Below, one piece after another: positions 59,474-64,000 of a stretch of 64,000 bases of DNA. Origin of the DNA: Rhodobacter sp. (GTDB taxonomy: Bacteria > Pseudomonadota > Alphaproteobacteria > Rhodobacterales > Rhodobacteraceae); NCBI GenBank assembly GCA_041738105.1, contig JBGSQL010000092.1, positions 14,420 through 78,419 on the forward strand, given 5' to 3'. Each line of letters starts with the position of its first letter. The stretch's first letter is position 1. The translations under genes and the position numbers were made by a program. Under the pieces are notes generated by a model. That model saw nothing but the letters and a program-made list of their open reading frames with translations, searched no databases and was not told where the DNA came from.

Positions 59474-60139
59474 GTGGTCTTCAAGCGCCGAACGCCGCGC
59501 ACGCCCCTCGAATGGACGCGCGAATTCTTCTATCCGAGGACAGGCTTCAGGCGGGCCGCGCAGTACCTGTCCTACAGGCTGCGACGACTTCCGGACAAAC
59601 CCCACAAGATTGCCCGAGGCGTCTTTGCAGGTGTTCTTGTCAGCTTCACGCCGCTTTTCGGCTTCCACTTCTTCGGCGCGGCACTGCTCGCCTGGCTGAT
59701 GCGTGGCAATATTCTCGCAGCCCTTCTCGCGACCTTCGTTGGCAATCCGGTGACGTTCCCCCTGATCGCGATCACGTCTGTCGAACTTGGCCACTGGATG
59801 CTGGGCATCGAAGTGCCGCTCTCCTTCTTGTCGATCGTGGCAGCCTTCAGCAACGCGGGCTCCCAACTGTGGGAAAATGTCATGGCCATATTCACCGCAC
59901 AGCCTGTGCAATGGGACAAGCTTGAGGCGTTCTTTCACACCTTCTACTGGCCCTATTTCATAGGCGGGTTGGTGCCGGGCCTGATCGTCGCCTCAGTTTT
60001 CTATTACATCACGATCCCTGTTGTGCGGACCTATCAGAAGATACGCGCCGCCAAGATGCGCCACCGCATCGAAAAGCGGCGCGGGCCGCAAGCGCCGCCC
60101 GTCACCTCGGGGGATGACGACGGGGATGCCACGCCCTAA
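59474..60139 (+). CDS. DUF2062 family membrane protein
   Basis: RLRRLPDKPHKIARG, TPLFGFH, TFVGNPVT. Confidence 0.88.
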   Translation: MVFKRRTPRTPLEWTREFFYPRTGFRRAAQYLSYRLRRLPDKPHKIARGVFAGVLVSFTPLFGFHFFGAALLAWLMRGNILAALLATFVGNPVTFPLIAITSVELGHWMLGIEVPLSFLSIVAAFSNAGSQLWENVMAIFTAQPVQWDKLEAFFHTFYWPYFIGGLVPGLIVASVFYYITIPVVRTYQKIRAAKMRHRIEKRRGPQAPPVTSGDDDGDATP

Positions 60140-60175
60140 GCTGGTCTTTGCAAACAGAACAGACGGAACGACGGG

Positions 60176-60928
60176 ATGAACAGCGTGCGACGGCTCAGAC
60201 TTGGTGTGAACATCGACCATGTGGCGACAGTGCGGAACGCGCGTGGTTCGGCCTATCCCGATCCGCTGCGGGCGGCGAAACTGGCCGAGACTGCGGGCGC
60301 GGACGGCATCACCGCGCACTTGCGGGAAGACCGTCGCCACATCCGTGACGCCGATATCGAGGCGCTGGTTGCGGGTCTTGCCCTCCCGCTCAATTTCGAA
60401 TGTGCCGCAACCGCCGAGATGCAGGCGATCGCCCTGCGGCATCTGCCGCACGCGGTGTGCCTCGTCCCCGAAAAGCGCGAAGAACGCACGACCGAGGGGG
60501 GCCTCGATGTCGCCGGCGACGCGCACAGACTGGCCGACTACATCGCGCCTTTGCGCCAGGCCGACATCCGCGTGTCGATGTTCATCAGCCATGATCCCCG
60601 CCAGATCGAAGCGTCGGCAAGCATCGGCGCGGCCGTGGTCGAGCTTCACACCGGGCTCTATTGCGATCTACACGCCGAGGGCCGCCTTGCCGAGCGTGAT
60701 GCGGAATGCGCAGCGCTGCGCAAGGGGGCCGCGCTTGCCCAATCTCTCGGCCTCGAGGTTCACGCCGGCCACGGCCTGACCTTCGACACCGTGCAGCCGA
60801 TCGCGGCCATTCCCCAGATAATGGAACTGAACATCGGGCATTTCCTGATCGGTGAGGCGATATTTCTGGGCCTTGGCCCTGCCATTGCAGAAATGCGCCG
60901 CCTGATGGACGTGGCCCGCCATGCCTGA
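60176..60928 (+). CDS. pdxJ: Pyridoxine 5'-phosphate synthase
   Basis: [41 protein letters not shown]. Confidence 0.98.
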   Translation: MNSVRRLRLGVNIDHVATVRNARGSAYPDPLRAAKLAETAGADGITAHLREDRRHIRDADIEALVAGLALPLNFECAATAEMQAIALRHLPHAVCLVPEKREERTTEGGLDVAGDAHRLADYIAPLRQADIRVSMFISHDPRQIEASASIGAAVVELHTGLYCDLHAEGRLAERDAECAALRKGAALAQSLGLEVHAGHGLTFDTVQPIAAIPQIMELNIGHFLIGEAIFLGLGPAIAEMRRLMDVARHA

Positions 60929-60997
60929 GGCAACCAGACAGTGCTTGCTGTTCGCTTGCTGTCGCCTGTGGTGCAAGGGTCAAGGAACTCTGCGCGC

Positions 60998-61444
60998 ATG
61001 ATCCTCGGCATTGGCACTGACCTTTGCAATATCGAGCGAATCGAGGCGACCCTGGCGCGCTTTGGCGACCGCTTCCGCGACCGCGTGTTTACCGAACGGG
61101 AACAGCGCAAGGCCGAGGGCCGCCCGCGTGCCGTGGCCGCGACCTACGCCAAGCGCTGGGCCGCGAAAGAGGCCTGCTCCAAAGCTCTGGGCACAGGGCT
61201 TCGCATGGGCATCGCCTGGAAGGACATGGGCGTTTCAAATCTGCGGTCCGGCCAACCGGTGATGCAGTTGACCGGTTGGGCCGCCGAGCGTCTGGCGGCA
61301 ATGACGCCCGAGGGATACAAGGCTCTGATCCACGTCACGTTGACCGACGATCATCCCTGGGCGCAGGCCTTCGTGGTGATAGAGGCCCGGCCGTTGGATG
61401 CACCCGAGCCAAGCTTGACTCCCGCGCGGTCGGCGCGCATGTAG
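60998..61444 (+). CDS. acpS: Holo-[acyl-carrier-protein] synthase
   Basis: [24 protein letters not shown]. Confidence 0.96.
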   Translation: MILGIGTDLCNIERIEATLARFGDRFRDRVFTEREQRKAEGRPRAVAATYAKRWAAKEACSKALGTGLRMGIAWKDMGVSNLRSGQPVMQLTGWAAERLAAMTPEGYKALIHVTLTDDHPWAQAFVVIEARPLDAPEPSLTPARSARM

Positions 61445-61473
61445 CCCCGAATTCGGGCAAAGGCAGGAAACTC

Positions 61474-62280
61474 ATGGCGACCAAGGCAAAAAGCGACGGT
61501 GGCATCGTCGAGACGATCAAGACGATCGTCTATGCTTTGCTGATTGCCGGGGTATTCCGCACACTGTTTTTCCAACCCTTCTGGATTCCGTCCGGGTCGA
61601 TGAAGGACACGCTGCTCGTCGGTGATTTCCTGTTCGTGAACAAGATGGCTTACGGCTATTCGCGCTACTCGTGTCCCTTCGGATTGTGCCCGATTTCGGG
61701 CCGCCTGCTGGGGTGGGCGCCTGAACGCGGCGACGTGGTGGTGTTTCGCCATCCGGTGAATGGATCGGACTTCATCAAGCGCCTGATCGGCCTGCCGGGC
61801 GACACGGTGCAGATGAAGAACGGAGTCCTCTTCCTGAATGGAGAGGAGGTTCCGCAACTACCGAATGGCACTTTCGAAGAAGCGTTCGCGCCCCAGGGCC
61901 CAATGGGGCAATATCCCCGGTGCGAGAATGGTCCGGTGGGCGAAGGCGGGGCCTGCAAGGCCAGCCGCTATACTGAAACCTTGCCCCCGACAGAGCAGTT
62001 TCCCGACGGTCGCACGCACAATGTGCTGAACATCGACACGAACGGATTTGCCGACAACACAGACGTGTTCACCGTGCCCGAAGGACACTACTTCTTCATG
62101 GGCGACAACCGCGACAACAGCCAGGACAGCCGCTTTGGTCAGGCGGTGGGCGGCGTCGGCTTCGTGCCGGCCGAATACCTGATCGGGCGCGCCGATCGGA
62201 TCATGTTCTCGTCCGCGGGACGGTCCATGCTTTACTTCTGGACCTGGCGCTCGGATCGATTCTTCAAGGCGGTGGAGTGA
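61474..62280 (+). CDS. lepB: Signal peptidase I
   Basis: [32 protein letters not shown]. Confidence 0.97.
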   Translation: MATKAKSDGGIVETIKTIVYALLIAGVFRTLFFQPFWIPSGSMKDTLLVGDFLFVNKMAYGYSRYSCPFGLCPISGRLLGWAPERGDVVVFRHPVNGSDFIKRLIGLPGDTVQMKNGVLFLNGEEVPQLPNGTFEEAFAPQGPMGQYPRCENGPVGEGGACKASRYTETLPPTEQFPDGRTHNVLNIDTNGFADNTDVFTVPEGHYFFMGDNRDNSQDSRFGQAVGGVGFVPAEYLIGRADRIMFSSAGRSMLYFWTWRSDRFFKAVE

Positions 62281-62963
62281 AGCTGTCTGCCGAACTCAGG
62301 GCCTTTTCTGGTCGACTCGGGCACGAGTTCCAGACCCCCGATCTGCTGCGCCGTGCCGTTACACACTCCTCGATCTCAGGGCCGACACGGCCTGACAATC
62401 AGCGGCTGGAGTTTTTGGGTGATCGGGTTCTGGGTCTTGTGATGGCCGAAGCGCTGTTGACCGCAGATCCCCAGGCAACCGAGGGCCAGTTGGCCCCACG
62501 TTTCAATGCCTTGGTGCGCAAGGAAACCTGCGCAGACGTGGCGCGTGCGATTGGGCTGGGCGAGGTCTTGAAACTTGGCCGGTCCGAGATGATGTCAGGC
62601 GGGCGTCGCAAGGATGCCCTTTTGGGCGACGCGCTTGAGGCGGTGATCGCGGCAGTTTATCTTGATGCCGGTTTCGGCGCGGCCCAAACGGTCGTGTTGC
62701 GGCTTTGGGCCGAGCGGATCGTTGCGGTCGAGGCTGACAGCCGGGATGCCAAGACGGCCTTGCAGGAATGGGCGCAGGCCCGCGGTCTGCCACCCCCGCG
62801 CTACGAGGAAGAGGGTCGTGAAGGCCCCGATCATCAACCCGTCTTTACGGTTGTGGTCCAACTCGAGAACGGTGAGACAGAGCGTGCCCGTGCAGGAACC
62901 AAGCGGCAGGCGGAACAGGCAGCGGCAAAAGCGCTGCTCGCACGTATGGAGGCAGCGCAATGA
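62277..62963 (+). CDS. rnc: Ribonuclease III
   Basis: [22 protein letters not shown], dsRBD KTALQEW. Confidence 0.97.
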   Translation: MKLSAELRAFSGRLGHEFQTPDLLRRAVTHSSISGPTRPDNQRLEFLGDRVLGLVMAEALLTADPQATEGQLAPRFNALVRKETCADVARAIGLGEVLKLGRSEMMSGGRRKDALLGDALEAVIAAVYLDAGFGAAQTVVLRLWAERIVAVEADSRDAKTALQEWAQARGLPPPRYEEEGREGPDHQPVFTVVVQLENGETERARAGTKRQAEQAAAKALLARMEAAQ

Positions 62964-63883
62964 CCAAGACAGCGCCGGGAACACGGGCCGGCTTTGTTGC
63001 CCTCATCGGTGAACCGAATGCGGGAAAATCGACACTCCTGAACCGGATGGTCGGTGCAAAGGTGTCGATCGTGACGCACAAGGTGCAAACCACGCGCACC
63101 CGGATCCGCGGCATCGCGATGGAGGGCACCGCGCAGATTGTCTTTGTCGATACTCCGGGCCTCTTCCAGCCCCGCCGCAGGCTTGATCGCGCAATGGTCG
63201 CGGCCGCTTGGGGTGGCGCTGCGGATGCCGATGTCATAGTGCTTCTGGTTGAGGCACATCGTGGCATGACCGAAGGGGTTGCGCGGATCATCGACAGCAT
63301 GCGCGACCGGATCCCGCAGGGGCAGACGGTGGCGCTTGCGATCAACAAGATCGACCGGGTGCGCGCCGAGGTTCTGCTCGGTTTGGCAGAAAAACTGAAC
63401 GAGGCCTTTCCTTTCGCCAAGACCTTCATGATTTCGGCCGAGAAAGGCTATGGCGTGGACGATCTGCGCAAATGGCTTGCCGACCAACTGCCGGAAGGGC
63501 CTTGGTTCTATCCTGAAGACCAGATCGCCGACCTGCCGCTACGGATGATCGCCGCCGAGATCACACGCGAAAAGCTGACGCTGCGGCTGCACGAGGAACT
63601 GCCCTACCAACTGACCGTCGAGACGGAAAACTGGGAGGACAAGCCCGATGGATCAACAAAGATCGACCAGCTGATCTATGTGATGCGGGACGGTCACAAG
63701 GGCATCGTGCTGGGCAACAAGGGCGAGACGATCAAGGCAATCGGGCAGGCCGCACGGGCCGAACTGATGACTTTTCTTGAACGTCCGGTTCACCTCTTTC
63801 TTCAGGTCAAGGTCCGTCCCGGCTGGATGGAAGAGAAGGAGCGGTTCTCGGAAATGGGGCTTGATTTCAAGGATGGAGACTGA
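62960..63883 (+). CDS. era: GTPase Era
   Basis: [23 protein letters not shown] domain. Confidence 0.98.
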   Translation: MTKTAPGTRAGFVALIGEPNAGKSTLLNRMVGAKVSIVTHKVQTTRTRIRGIAMEGTAQIVFVDTPGLFQPRRRLDRAMVAAAWGGAADADVIVLLVEAHRGMTEGVARIIDSMRDRIPQGQTVALAINKIDRVRAEVLLGLAEKLNEAFPFAKTFMISAEKGYGVDDLRKWLADQLPEGPWFYPEDQIADLPLRMIAAEITREKLTLRLHEELPYQLTVETENWEDKPDGSTKIDQLIYVMRDGHKGIVLGNKGETIKAIGQAARAELMTFLERPVHLFLQVKVRPGWMEEKERFSEMGLDFKDGD

Positions 63884-63926
63884 CCGCGCCCAGTCCCCCT
63901 TGCGCCCGCGAACTTTCGGCGTTGCA

Positions 63927-63959
63927 GCCTCCGGCGGGGATATTTTTGAACAGAAGAAG
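63927..63959 (+). repeat. Short intergenic element resembling a dispersed Rhodobacteraceae REP-like repeat end
   Basis: GCCTCCGGCGGGGATATTTTTGAACAGAAGAAG; recognised from memory of related genomes; single copy in this window. Confidence 0.5.
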
Positions 63960-64000
63960 CAGCTTGGTGCGATTGGACCAAGTCGGCTGCACCTGTGACG

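Noticed and set aside
1-64000. CRISPR arrays, tRNA/rRNA, IS elements, prophage, defence or toxin-antitoxin systems
   Set aside because: No long regularly spaced repeats, tRNA-like cloverleafs, or transposase, integrase, phage or defence motifs recognised by eye

Overview
Core chromosomal segment of a GC-rich alphaproteobacterium. Gene content and order point to Rhodobacteraceae/Paracoccaceae (inference). About 70 densely packed genes, nearly all housekeeping: cobD (partial), lytic transglycosylase, smc, greA, ETF-QO, TPR-ispE, polyprenyl synthase, phaAB, EAL, tag, tlpA/argH-lipoprotein-lysA, TIGR02302, zinc-ribbon/ftsEX-plsC, accA, dgcN-dgcA-dat, pyk, rpmI-rplT, yfcC, pheST, zapE, two MFS, asd, VOC dioxygenase, malY/patB, def cluster-fmt, rnhA, ispH, NYN, folK, rpoZ-spoT-pdxJ-acpS-lepB-rnc-era. 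I found no rRNA, tRNA, CRISPR array, transposase, integrase, prophage or defence island, and I cannot support a large novel multi-gene system. The best leads are small: (1) a 'hypothetical' protein that looks like a minimal GPR/RgsE/TipN-type polarity factor; (2) an AT-rich island between malY and def with GAAC repeated at an exact 31-bp period; (3) a structured candidate sRNA upstream of accA with two GGGAGG/CCTCCC motifs; (4) tandem NrdR-like boxes before smc; (5) a def triplet with one intact gene, one internally deleted remnant and one likely pseudoenzyme; (6) an NYN protein whose first catalytic Asp is Gly; (7) a two-way GGAAC-N17-[C/G]GTT ECF-type promoter; (8) a greA leader hairpin. Two real-looking small genes are missing from the ORF track (DUF465 and a 49-aa lipoprotein). 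All family assignments come from motif recognition by eye, not from database searches.
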